Assembly: GCA_963716255.1 (NCBI GenBank)
Contig: OY970303.1
Location: forward strand, 3,840,001 to 3,904,000
Source of the DNA: an uncultured Gemmatimonadales bacterium
GTDB taxonomy: Bacteria; Gemmatimonadota; Gemmatimonadetes; Longimicrobiales; Longimicrobiaceae
Length of the DNA stretch: 64,000 nucleotides
Reading direction: 5' to 3'
The translations under genes were made by a program, and so were the position numbers. Position 1 is the first letter of the stretch; each line of letters begins with the position of its first letter. Shown one piece after another: positions 10,185 through 19,334 of this stretch. A model generated the notes under the pieces. The model was given only the letters and a program-made list of their open reading frames with translations. It searched no databases and was not told where the DNA came from.

Positions 10185-10223
10185 GCCGCGCAGCGGCCCC
10201 GACCCACTCCACCGCCCGCGACG

Positions 10224-11462
10224 ATGCGAATCTACGCGTTCACGCAGTACTACCCGAGCACCTTCAAGCCGTACTTCGACACCCAGTTCGCCCAGCTCGT
10301 GCGCGACGGGCACGAGCTGACGGTGTTCGCGCACGGGCGGCAGGGCCACGAGGTGAACGAGCCCGTCGCCCGCTTCGGGCTGGAGTCGCGCACGCGCCGC
10401 TACCCCACCATGCTGCACACCGCGCCGCCCTTCCTCCCGCGCGCGGCGGCGAGGGCGCTCCCGGACCCCGCCGGCGCGCTGCGGCTCCTGCGGGCTACGG
10501 ACCCGGACAAGCCGCTCAAGGGGCGTCTGATGGACACGCTGCGGATGCTTGCCCTTCCGCGCGAGCGCCCCGACCTGTGCCTGGTGCACGACCTGACAAC
10601 GGCCACCTGGTTCACCTGGCTGCGGACGATGTACCCGGGGGTGCCCGTGGCGATGTACTACCACGGCGGGGAGAACGCGCTGTCCAGCGGCATCGGCGAG
10701 GATGCGGTGGCGCGCGCGTTCGCCGCCGTGGACGTGGTGTTCACCAACACCGAGTTCTCGCGCGACCATGCCGTGGCGCGCGGCTGCCCGGCCGGCAAGG
10801 TGGAGATCGTGCCGGTGGGCTTCTCCCTGGACGACTACCGGCCGCCCGCGGTGCGCGAGTACCGCCCGCGGGGCGTGCTGCGCCTGCTGTCGGCGAGCCG
10901 CCTGAGCGACGAGAAGGGCCACCGCTTCGCGCTGGAGGCGCTCGCCGGCCTGGTGGCTGCGGGGGTGACGGACTTCCGCTACACCATCGTGGGGGGCGGC
11001 TACCTGCGGGAGCCGCTGGAGCGCTTCGCCGCCGGGAACGGGCTGGCGCCCTACGTGGACTTCGCCGGGGTGGTGACCACGGCGGTCCTGCTGGACCACG
11101 TCGCCCGCGCGGACGTGGTGCTGCTCCCCAGCATCGAGCTGGGGACCTGGGTGGAGAACCAGGCGTGCATCGTCCAGGAAGCCATGCTGATGAAGGGGCT
11201 GGTGGTGGCGACCACCGCCGGCGGCGTCCCCGAGTCCACCGCCCCGGAGCTGCGCCCCTTCCTGGTCCCCCCCGAGGACCCCGCCGCCATCGCCCGCGCC
11301 GTCCTCGCCGTCCGTGCCCTGCGCGACGACGAGATGCGCGCCCTGGGCGCCGCCGGCCGCGCCTTCGCCGAAGAGCGCTACGACATCCGCCGCCTGAACG
11401 CCGCCCTCCTGGAGCGCGCCCTGGCCGGCCCGAGGAGCCCCGCCGTCCCCGCCGCGGCCTGA
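10224..11462 (+). CDS. Glycosyltransferase family 4 (WcaL-like)
   Basis: RLSDEKG and ENQACIVQEAM (EX7E) motifs. Confidence 0.82.
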   Translation: MRIYAFTQYYPSTFKPYFDTQFAQLVRDGHELTVFAHGRQGHEVNEPVARFGLESRTRRYPTMLHTAPPFLPRAAARALPDPAGALRLLRATDPDKPLKGRLMDTLRMLALPRERPDLCLVHDLTTATWFTWLRTMYPGVPVAMYYHGGENALSSGIGEDAVARAFAAVDVVFTNTEFSRDHAVARGCPAGKVEIVPVGFSLDDYRPPAVREYRPRGVLRLLSASRLSDEKGHRFALEALAGLVAAGVTDFRYTIVGGGYLREPLERFAAGNGLAPYVDFAGVVTTAVLLDHVARADVVLLPSIELGTWVENQACIVQEAMLMKGLVVATTAGGVPESTAPELRPFLVPPEDPAAIARAVLAVRALRDDEMRALGAAGRAFAEERYDIRRLNAALLERALAGPRSPAVPAAA

Positions 11463-11503
11463 GGGGGAAGCCGTAGCGCGGAGTAGGAAGTTCGGAGGTG
11501 AGG

Positions 11504-11541
11504 AAAAGAGGCGCCCCCGCCGGGAGATCCGGCGGGGGCGC
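11504..11541 (-). terminator. Intrinsic terminator-like hairpin directly 3' of the minus-strand repeat copy; may also serve the convergent GT operon
   Basis: 13-bp perfect stem GCGCCCCCGCCGG, followed on the minus strand by CTCTTTT. Confidence 0.6.
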
Positions 11542-11545
11542 TGTC

Positions 11546-11673
11546 ACGTGAAGGATGTCGGCCCGAAGGGGCGAGACCGCGCGCTGTTTGCGCGGGCTCG
11601 ACTCCGTTGCAGACGGTCGTTTCGTCTGCTACGGAGCCGCAGCCCGACCCCGGCGCCAGCCGGGGGCACGCCC
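11546..11673 (-). repeat. Full copy of the ~128-nt structured repeat
   Basis: Same ends and stems as the plus-strand copies; inner stem GCAGACG/CGTCTGC. Confidence 0.9.
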
Positions 11674-11714
11674 GACTCCGCCGTCCCGATCCGTTGCCGT
11701 TCGTGCGGCCATGG

Positions 11715-11755
11715 AAAATAGAAAAGGGGCCCGCCCCCACCGGGAGCGAGCCCTC
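11715..11755 (-). terminator. Rho-independent terminator of the exosortase/PEP-CTERM operon
   Basis: GC-rich stem followed by TTTTCTATTTT on the minus strand. Confidence 0.75.
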
Positions 11756-11790
11756 CGTCCTGCCCGATCTGCGAGTCGCAGAAGCAGCGC

Positions 11791-12507
11791 TTACTGCTGC
11801 TCTTCTTCCTGCTTGCGGCGACGACGACGGGCGGCACCGGCGAGCCCGGCCAGACCCGTCCCCATGAGAGCCATGGACACCGGCTCCGGCGTGGACGTCA
11901 CCTGGAACATCTGGTCGTCGAAGTCGAAGTCGGCCGTGTACTGCGTGTTGTAGCAGAGCGGATCGGTCGACGCCAGGTCGCCCGTCTTGCACAGGTCCTC
12001 GAACCCGACGTCGTACGTCCACTCGCTGGTCTGCGTGGCCACCGCGTGGACGCGGCCGTCGTAGTTCATCCCGCCGCCGCCCGTGTAGAACCAGGCGCCG
12101 CGCGAGCCCGGAGCGAAGGGGTTCGACGCGCCCGCCACGTACAGGTCCTGCACGAAGATCCCGAAGTTGAGCTCGGTTCCCGCCGCGAACATCCCGCCCG
12201 GATTGATGTTGTTGGTGGGCCCACCCATCGCCGCCATGCCGCCCGAGCCCGGAGCGGTGCTCGTGCTGGGGGGCTGGTTGGTGTACAGGAAGACGCCCGA
12301 GTACGTGTCGAACGGAGTCTGGTCGGGTCCGGGGTTGGCCGAACCGAAGAACCAGATCTCGGAGCGGAGCGCCGCCTCGGAGCCCAGGTACGTCACGAAC
12401 GTCGGGCCGCCGTTGGAAAGGATCGGCACCGCGTGTCCCTGCTGCGCCGTTCCCATGCTGAGCGCCGATGCGAGCGCCAGCGCCATGCCTGCCTGCTTGA
12501 ACCGCAT
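11791..12507 (-). CDS. PEP-CTERM sorting domain protein with a DUF4114-like acidic motif
   Basis: AAGGAGG RBS, signal peptide, GFEDL...DFDFDD, C-terminal TPEP + TM helix + RRRRRK. Confidence 0.92.
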   Translation of the reverse strand: MRFKQAGMALALASALSMGTAQQGHAVPILSNGGPTFVTYLGSEAALRSEIWFFGSANPGPDQTPFDTYSGVFLYTNQPPSTSTAPGSGGMAAMGGPTNNINPGGMFAAGTELNFGIFVQDLYVAGASNPFAPGSRGAWFYTGGGGMNYDGRVHAVATQTSEWTYDVGFEDLCKTGDLASTDPLCYNTQYTADFDFDDQMFQVTSTPEPVSMALMGTGLAGLAGAARRRRRKQEEEQQ

Positions 12508-12553
12508 ACGAACCTCCTTCAAAAGGGTAGTTGCTGCCACACCATCCACTTCG

Positions 12554-13081
12554 TCACGCCGGGTTTCCTCCTTGTGGCTGAGTGTTGAAGACGAGTCCAA
12601 CTTCCCGCGCGGCCTTGCCGGCGTGCGGGCGTCCCGAAATGCGGGTGGAACGCCATCCGCCGATCCCCAGGCCGAGGGCGGCCGGGATCGAGAGCCCGAG
12701 TACCGCCATGGCCCGGAGCACCGTCAGATCCAGCGCGCCCCGGAAGTTGGGGTTCACCGTCGAGCGGACCTGGAGGAAATCCAGGCCGAACGCAATCGCC
12801 ACCAGCGAGAGCACCAGCGCCATCACCATGCAGATCACCGCCGACACGCGAAGCGTCCTGCGGTGGTCGAGGATCGCGGCGACCGCCATGATCCACACCA
12901 GCCCGAAGAGCACGCCCATCACCGCCCCCGACATCAGGCCGACGGCCCCGAAGCGCCAGCGGACCTCGCCCAGCCGGAACGGCCAGACTTGCAGGGCGGG
13001 CTCGCTCACCGACGCGACGATGAGCAGCGCGCCGACGGGGTAGAGCGCCTTGACGAAAGGACGGTAGGTCAGCGAGGTCAT
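12554..13081 (-). CDS. 4-TM hypothetical membrane protein (possibly HpsJ-like)
   Basis: 175 aa, four hydrophobic helices, GC3-rich frame, lies inside the exosortase operon. Confidence 0.7.
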   Translation of the reverse strand: MTSLTYRPFVKALYPVGALLIVASVSEPALQVWPFRLGEVRWRFGAVGLMSGAVMGVLFGLVWIMAVAAILDHRRTLRVSAVICMVMALVLSLVAIAFGLDFLQVRSTVNPNFRGALDLTVLRAMAVLGLSIPAALGLGIGGWRSTRISGRPHAGKAAREVGLVFNTQPQGGNPA

Positions 13082-13170
13082 CTTCGGGGTTCCTTGAATG
13101 TTCGGTCGGGTGGCCGCACCGGCGCGGCCACCCCTCGTCACCTCCACCACCGCCCCGCTCGTGCCCGCCG

Positions 13171-13818
13171 TCAAGACGGCAGCGAGCGGTTTACGGCCGG
13201 GACCATCTCGCCCGCGACGCGCGACGCCAGCTTGAACGCCTCGGCCTCCGACCCCGTCACCGGGACGATGACGCGGACCAGCGCCTCGTCGCTGCGGCCG
13301 CGGAGCGCCGAGTCGCGGAGCAGGTCCCACTTCACCCGGTACTCGTTCGCTTCCACGCGGCCCCGCCCCTGGTACCAGTACAGGACCAGCGCCCGCTGTT
13401 CCTTGTTCTGGAGGAGGTAGCGGTTCACCTGCACCGGGCCGTGCGGCGTCGCGATGGCCACGCGCTGGTTGGTGAGCGCCTCCCACCCTGCCCCGGGAAG
13501 GCAATTCTTGGGCGAGTGGATGGTCTTCCCCTGCGTCTGGCTCTCGTAGTAGCCCACGTACAGCGAGAACGCGTAGGCGCTCCCCGCGGCGCCGGGCGCC
13601 TGGAAGACGCGCATCAGGTAGTCGCTCATCCCGGCGACGCGCTGCTCCTCCTCGGAGATCACCACGTCCTTGGAGCCGAAGGACGCGAAGCGCGCGGGCA
13701 CCGCCGTTTCCAGCGGTGCCTGCAGCGGGAGCGTCCGCTGCGTGTCGATCCCCAGCGTGACCATCGCGCCGAGGGCGAGGATGATCGCGGGCGCCCAGGC
13801 CCGGTTGAAGCCGTTCAT
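13171..13818 (-). CDS. epsI: EpsI family exosortase-associated protein
   Basis: IHSPKNCLPGAGW, LYWYQ and ALVRV motifs; ATGA overlap with the exosortase. Confidence 0.9.
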   Translation of the reverse strand: MNGFNRAWAPAIILALGAMVTLGIDTQRTLPLQAPLETAVPARFASFGSKDVVISEEEQRVAGMSDYLMRVFQAPGAAGSAYAFSLYVGYYESQTQGKTIHSPKNCLPGAGWEALTNQRVAIATPHGPVQVNRYLLQNKEQRALVLYWYQGRGRVEANEYRVKWDLLRDSALRGRSDEALVRVIVPVTGSEAEAFKLASRVAGEMVPAVNRSLPS

Positions 13819-14690
13819 GCCCTGCGCCTCCCGATGAAGATCTCCGCGTGGTTCAGGAGTGCCGCGATGCCGCCCAGGATGGCGAACGCCACGACGAAGA
13901 TGATCCACCCTTCCGTCACGTGCATGAAGCCCTCGCCCAGCTTGGGGTCCACGTAGAAGACCAGGAAGCCGGTGAGGAAGACCCGGATGCCGTTGAGGAG
14001 CATGGCCACCGGGATCGCCGCGGCGATGAGCAGCGCCCGGCTCACCGGGTGCCGCAGCCAGAGCCCGCCGATCAGCAGCCCCAGCGAGATCAGCGACGCC
14101 AGCGACCGCAGCCCGCTGCACGCCTCCGTGACGAAGAGCGAGCGCCCGGGGATCCGGATCACGTTGCCGCTGAGCTGCACGGGCACGTGGCGCCACTCCA
14201 GCAGCCCCGCCCCCATCTGCGACGCGCGGAACTGGAGCGGGTTGGCGATGGAGCCCAGCACCACCGCCGGGAGCGGAACCGACAGCGCCAGCAGCGACGC
14301 CGGGAGCCACCAGTGCAGGAGCTGCCGGAAGCCCAGGTGGAACACCACCAGGCCGAAGACCGCGACCAGCATGGAAGCGCGCATGGTGAACAGCTCCGCC
14401 GCCAGCCCGGACACGTAGCGCAGGAGCACGGCGGCCACGAGGATGGCGATCCCCGCGAGCGGCTGGGCCCGGGCGCCGTCCCGGATCCCCCGCTTCCAGG
14501 CCAGGTATACGGCGAGCGGCGCCAGCAGCAGCCCGTGGCCCGCGTCGGGATCGTTCCACCAGTCGCGCCCCAGCGTCATCATGGGGCTCCAGAACAGAAC
14601 CGCGAACGCCGCCCCGGTGGCGGCGAGGGGGAGGAAGCGCTTCCAGTCCCCCAGGTCGGTGCGGCTCAGCGTGAGCGTGGCACTCGTCAC
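13815..14690 (-). CDS. epsH: Exosortase (EpsH family)
   Basis: Multi-TM; catalytic VTEACSGLRS, NGIR and FMH motifs; W...DPDAGHG. Confidence 0.93.
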   Translation of the reverse strand: MTSATLTLSRTDLGDWKRFLPLAATGAAFAVLFWSPMMTLGRDWWNDPDAGHGLLLAPLAVYLAWKRGIRDGARAQPLAGIAILVAAVLLRYVSGLAAELFTMRASMLVAVFGLVVFHLGFRQLLHWWLPASLLALSVPLPAVVLGSIANPLQFRASQMGAGLLEWRHVPVQLSGNVIRIPGRSLFVTEACSGLRSLASLISLGLLIGGLWLRHPVSRALLIAAAIPVAMLLNGIRVFLTGFLVFYVDPKLGEGFMHVTEGWIIFVVAFAILGGIAALLNHAEIFIGRRRA

Positions 14691-14691
14691 T

Positions 14692-15462
14692 TCACCACGC
14701 TCCGCGCTTGAAGACGATCACCGGCACGGTCCGCAGCAGGATCAGCAGGTCCTGCAGGGCCGACTCCCGCTCGATGTACTCCAGGTCGTAGCTCAGCTTG
14801 TTGCGCACGTCCGACAGGCAGCGGTCGTAGCTCTGGTTGATCTGCGCCCACCCGGTGATCCCCGGGAGCACCCGCTGGCGCTCCGGGTAGCGGTCGATCT
14901 GGTCGCGCAGCTCGGCGAAGATCTTGGGCTGCTCCGGGCGCGGTCCCACGATGTTCATGTCGCCCTTGAGCACGTTGAAGAGCTGCGGCAGCTCGTCCAG
15001 CCGGTACTTGCGCAGCACGGTGCCCAGCGAGGTGACCCGGGGGTCGCGGGGCTGCGCCCACACCTGCACGCCCTCGCCCGATGCCGTCATCGTGCGGAAC
15101 TTGTACATCGTGAACAGCCGCCCGCCGTAGTCCACCCGGCGGCGCCAGTGGTGGTCGCTCCCGTCCGGGTTGCGGCGGTCCAGCCCCACCCGCGTCTGCC
15201 GGAAGATCACCGGCCCGGGGGAGGTCAGCTTCACCAGCAGGGCGATGACCAGCATCACCGGCGCGGCCAGCACGATTCCCACCAGCGCGAGCACGACGTT
15301 CAGCGTGCGCCGCCCGAACTGCGGTGCGTCCGCGATCTCGGCGGGGCGGCTCCACGGAGTGGAGGGGACTCTTTCGACCAGATCTTCGATCGCCAGAAGG
15401 CCCGAGGACGTAAGTGCCCTATGAGCGGTCAGGGGACCGGATTTCTGCGCGGGGATCAGCAC
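14692..15462 (-). CDS. Priming sugar transferase (undecaprenyl-phosphate glycosylphosphotransferase, Bac_transf)
   Basis: YKFRTM, DPRVT, LDELPQLFNVLKGDM and PGITGWAQ motifs; GTG start with GGGAGA RBS. Confidence 0.92.
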   Translation of the reverse strand: MLIPAQKSGPLTAHRALTSSGLLAIEDLVERVPSTPWSRPAEIADAPQFGRRTLNVVLALVGIVLAAPVMLVIALLVKLTSPGPVIFRQTRVGLDRRNPDGSDHHWRRRVDYGGRLFTMYKFRTMTASGEGVQVWAQPRDPRVTSLGTVLRKYRLDELPQLFNVLKGDMNIVGPRPEQPKIFAELRDQIDRYPERQRVLPGITGWAQINQSYDRCLSDVRNKLSYDLEYIERESALQDLLILLRTVPVIVFKRGAW

Positions 15463-15648
15463 GGTGGGACTCTCCCGATTCGGTTTGTTCCGTGTACACC
15501 AGCTGCGTCGTGCACCAACCGGGGAATGCAACGGGCATGCACGGCGGGCCGCGACTCGGAAATCTTCGTAAGTCGTTGCCGGCAGCAGGTATGGTGTTCT
15601 GGGGGTCACGTGGGGGGGGCGCGGGTTTCGTGGTGGCCCGCCGACGTG

Positions 15649-15666
15649 TGTGGTGACCACCCCACA
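15649..15666. promoter_or_regulatory. UAS-like site TGTGGTGACCACCCCACA upstream of the sugar transferase-exosortase operon
   Basis: TGTGG-N8-CCACA palindrome, 106 nt from a non-canonical sigma54-like box at 15527-15542. Confidence 0.55.
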
Positions 15667-15718
15667 CAGTTGCACGGGGCCGCGATTGGAAGGGGACGAC
15701 TTCCAGGGGGTGGGTTTC

Positions 15719-15847
15719 GGGCGTGCCCCCGGCTGGCGCCGGGGTCGGGCTTCGGCTCCGTAGGGCTGCAAACAACGCAGCCCAACGGAGTCGAGCCCCG
15801 CGAAACTGCCCGCGGGTCTCGCCCCTTCGGGCCGAAATCCCTCACGC
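15719..15847 (+). repeat. Full copy of the ~128-nt structured repeat
   Basis: GGGCGTGCCCCCGG...CGAAATCCCTCACGC; inner stem GGGCTGC/GCAGCCC. Confidence 0.92.
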
Positions 15848-15921
15848 AGCATCCGGAAACGACGACGGGCCCGCTATAGCGGGCCCGGCAATGGGCTTCA
15901 TCGTGCGGCTCGGGCGCGCCG

Positions 15922-16961
15922 TCAGGGCCCGGGCGCGGGGGGGAGGTCCAGCCGGAAGTGGAAGCGCGTGCCCACGCCGGCGGCGGTCTCGTAGGCCAGG
16001 TCGGAGCCCATGGCGCGCACCAGGTCGCGGGCCAGCGTCAGCCCCAGTCCGGTGCCCGAGAATCCCGGGCCGTTCCAGCGGCTCACCCGCCGCAGCGGCT
16101 GAAAGAGCGTCGCCTCCTGCTCCGGGCGGATCCCGGCGCCGGAGTCGCGCACGGAAAACTCCACGCCGCCGGCGCCCTCCGGCAGGGCGGACACCTCCAC
16201 CACCCCCGCCTCCGTGAACTTGAGGGCGTTCACCACCAGGTTCAGGAGCACGCGGGCCAGCGCCACCGGGTGCCCCAGGCGCCGGTCCTCGCCCTCCAGC
16301 GTGAAGCGGAGCTCCACGCGTCGCTCCTCCGCGATGGGGCGCACGATGTCACCGATGGACGCGGCGATCTCCGCGATGGAGAACTCCGAAGGGAGCTCGT
16401 CCACCAGGGCGTCGCCGCGCCGGTACAGGTCCAGGATGTCGTTCGCCATGGACACCAGCCCCAGCGTGGCGCTGTAGATGATGCCCAGTTGCCGGCGCTG
16501 GACTTCGCCGGCGTCCCCTGCGTACCCGGAGCGGAGCGCGTCGGAAAGGAAGAGGACCGAGGTGAGCGGGGAGCGGAGGTCGTGCGCCAGTCCCACCACC
16601 ACGGCCGGGTCGTCGAAGCCGGCGGCGTCCCCCCGGGGAGCTCCGCCGCGGGCGCGGCGGCGCGGTACGAACGGACGATGCGGAGGAGTTCGGGAAGGGA
16701 GGGAGGGGCGCCGTCCAGGTAGCGGGCCGCCAGCTCCGCTTCCATCAGCAGGTCGGGGAGGTCGGCGGCGGAGGTCCCGGCGGCGCGGGCGTCCTCCACC
16801 CGCATGGCCAGCTCCGCCAGGCGGGCCGCCGGGTCCGCGTCCTCCGCCTCGCCCGCCATGGCGGCGAGGACCTGGCGGGCCGCGGAGCGGAGCACGGGGG
16901 ACGAGATCCGGGCCAGGGGATCCGGCCCGTGCGGGCGCACGGGGACGCCGGTCTCGGGCAT
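15922..16961 (-). pseudogene. Cytoplasmic histidine kinase split by a frameshift near the homopolymer at 16629-16638
   Basis: C-terminal frame has AHDLRSPL, NLVVNALKF, DSGAG and GTGLGL; the GC3-rich N-terminal frame from ATG 16961 switches frame at CCCCGGGGGG. Confidence 0.7.
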
Positions 16962-16992
16962 TCGCCGCCGTCCCCTCCGCCCCCGGCTCCGC

Positions 16993-18513
16993 TCAGCTCG
17001 CCTTGATGACGGTGTCGCGCTGCAGGCCGTGCTTCTCCATCAGGCGGTAGAGCGTGGTGCGGTCCACGCCCGCGATCTTGGCCGCCTTGGACATGTTGGC
17101 CCCCACGCGGTCCACCAGGGCGCCCAGGTACACCCGCTCGAAGTCGGCGAGGACCCGCTCGCGGGCGCTGTGGTACGGCTCGTCCAGCCCGCGGAAGAGC
17201 GTGGCCTTGGACTCCCGCGGCGCCGGGTCGATCTCGCGGAAGGGGATGTCGTCCGGCATCACGGTCGAGCCCGGCTCCACCAGCACCACCGTGTGCTCCA
17301 CCACGTTCTGCAGCTCGCGGACGTTGCCCCGCCACTCGCGCGCCTGCAGCGATCCGATCGCCGCCTGGCTGAGCTTGGGGACCGGCGTCTTGGGGTCGCG
17401 GTGCCGCTTCCAGTAGTAGCTGAGGAAGTGCTCGGCCAGCAGGGAGATGTCCTCCGGGCGCTCGCGCAGCGGCGGCAGGGTGATGGGCACCACGCTCAGG
17501 CGGTAGAACAGGTCCTTGCGGAGCACCCCTTCCTGGGTGGCGTCCAGCGGGTCGCGGTTGGTGGCCGCGATGAAGCGGACGTTGACCACCGCGTCGATCC
17601 CCTCGCTCCCCACCCGCCGGACGATGCCGTCCTGGATGACGCGGAGGAACTTGGCCTGGATCGTCTGCGACATCTCCGTCAGCTCGTCCAGGAAGAAGGT
17701 GCCCCCGTTGGCGATCTCCAGGAGGCCCATCTTGTCCTTGATGGCCCCGGTGAAGGCGCCCTTGCAGTGGCCGAACATCTCCGACTCCAGCAGGGTCTCC
17801 GGGAGCGCGGCGCAGTTGATGGCGACCATCGCCCGGTTCGCGCGGTGGCTCTGGGAGTGGATGAACTGCGCGATCATCTCCTTGCCGGTGCCGCTCTCCC
17901 CGCTGATGAACACCGAAGCGTCGGTGCGGGCCACGCGGCGGGCCAGCTCCACGGCGCGGCAGAACGCCGGCGAGCGCCCCAGGAGCACCGGGCCGCCCAC
18001 CGGCCCCTGGTGGTCGGCCGCCAGCTCGCGCTCCGCGAGCGCCGAGGTGTGGCGGTCGTTCAACACCGCGTGCGCCGCCCTCCCGATGAGGATCTGCAGG
18101 TGGGTGGCCGAGAAGGGCTTGGGCAGGTAGTCCCAGGCCCCCATCCGCGTCACCTCCACGCTGGAGTCCACCGACGGGTTGCCGGTCATGATGATGGCGC
18201 GCGTCGCCGGGCTGGTCTGGAGGCACACCGAGAGCACCTCGGTCCCGGGCACGTCGTCCAGGTACAGGTCGATCAGCACCACGTCGAAGGTGCGGCGCTT
18301 GAGCAGGTCGATCGCCTCCGTGCCGCGGCCGCACATGGAGACGTTGTAGCCCTCCAGGCGGAGCACGCTCGCGCAGCTCTCCCGCAGCGTGTGCTCATCG
18401 TCCACCACGAGGATCGAAACCTCGCTCCGGGGGTTCTCGTCCGCCGGATCGGCGCTCCCGGGCATGCGGATGCCGTTCGGACCGGTCGAGGGGAGGTGGG
18501 CCTCGAAGGACAT
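16993..18513 (-). CDS. Sigma54-dependent response regulator (REC-AAA+-HTH), PrsR/NtrC-like
   Basis: ILVVDDE, GESGTGKE, GAFTGA, FLDE, GNVRELQN and a Fis-type HTH. Confidence 0.95.
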   Translation of the reverse strand: MSFEAHLPSTGPNGIRMPGSADPADENPRSEVSILVVDDEHTLRESCASVLRLEGYNVSMCGRGTEAIDLLKRRTFDVVLIDLYLDDVPGTEVLSVCLQTSPATRAIIMTGNPSVDSSVEVTRMGAWDYLPKPFSATHLQILIGRAAHAVLNDRHTSALAERELAADHQGPVGGPVLLGRSPAFCRAVELARRVARTDASVFISGESGTGKEMIAQFIHSQSHRANRAMVAINCAALPETLLESEMFGHCKGAFTGAIKDKMGLLEIANGGTFFLDELTEMSQTIQAKFLRVIQDGIVRRVGSEGIDAVVNVRFIAATNRDPLDATQEGVLRKDLFYRLSVVPITLPPLRERPEDISLLAEHFLSYYWKRHRDPKTPVPKLSQAAIGSLQAREWRGNVRELQNVVEHTVVLVEPGSTVMPDDIPFREIDPAPRESKATLFRGLDEPYHSARERVLADFERVYLGALVDRVGANMSKAAKIAGVDRTTLYRLMEKHGLQRDTVIKAS

Positions 18514-18681
18514 GCAGTCTCCTTACACTCTCAGGGTGGGCTTCCCGGCCGGCCGGAGCCGTGGCGGGCGAGCACGAGCGTCGATGTCGGGACCCGGCCG
18601 GAGCCGGGCCACAGTGGGCGCCGCGAAGGACGCCGGATACGATACGAGTACGAAAGGAGGGGCCCGGCCGGATGTAACACC

Positions 18682-18830
18682 TGTGGCACGGCCGCCTCAT
18701 GGGTGGCCGCGGCCGTCCCGCGGAGCGCAGGGAGCCGGATCCGGGGAGAACCGCCCGTGCGGAGCCGCGGCCGGTGTGTAAACCAGCAAATTTGAGACCA
18801 TGGGTCGACAACTGGTGCAGCAACGCCACA
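18682..18830. promoter_or_regulatory. Cluster of UAS-like sites upstream of the activator gene (18682-18699, 18793-18810, 18813-18830)
   Basis: TGTGGCACGGCCGCCTCA, TGAGACCATGGGTCGACA and TGGTGCAGCAACGCCACA; possible autoregulation. Confidence 0.5.
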
Positions 18831-19154
18831 ACTCACGGCGATCCCAAGCGGTTGCAGGGGTTAGGCGGCTTTTCTCCTCCCCGGCACCGGTATCTCGCGG
18901 GACATCCGCGCCCCAGTGGTGTTCCATGGAATCCCCGGATCCCGGGCCGCTTTCCCGTTCGCCGGCCGGGTGGAACGCTCCCATCCGGCCCCGCCGAGCG
19001 GCGCTCGCGGATCCCGGCGCCTCGTGCACTTTGCCAGGCGCCGAGACACACGTTCCTCGCGCGGGCGATCCCGCGCGGCACCGGCGCGCCGGCATGGCTG
19101 AGGGCAAGACGCGGCAGGGCAGCGGAGTCGGACGGTTGCGGCCTTTCGACGCTG

Positions 19155-19172
19155 TGTGGCGCGGGCGCAACA
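19155..19172. promoter_or_regulatory. UAS-like site TGTGGCGCGGGCGCAACA
   Basis: Best match to the TGTKGC-N6-GCMACA consensus. Confidence 0.65.
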
Positions 19173-19259
19173 CTTCCCCCGAGCGCCATTCCGCGGCGCT
19201 CCGCCCGCGCCCGCCCGATTCCGGAGCCGTGGCGCGGGGATCCGCCACCCCCGGCATGA

Positions 19260-19275
19260 CGGCCCCTGGCTTGCT
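19260..19275 (+). promoter_or_regulatory. Candidate sigma54 promoter CGGCCCCTGGCTTGCT for wzc-wza
   Basis: GG-N10-GC with TTGC at -12; 87 nt from the UAS and about 60 nt before the ATG. Confidence 0.6.
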
Positions 19276-19334
19276 AGGACCAGCCTCTGACCGGCCGTCC
19301 TCACGAACGTCGCACGACCCACGTTACCCGGCCC

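Noticed and set aside
15922..18513. Stop-codon readthrough fusing the sigma54 activator to the in-frame kinase domain
   Set aside because: The kinase frame upstream of about 16630 has poor GC3 where inspected, while the shifted frame from ATG 16961 looks coding; a frameshift explains it better
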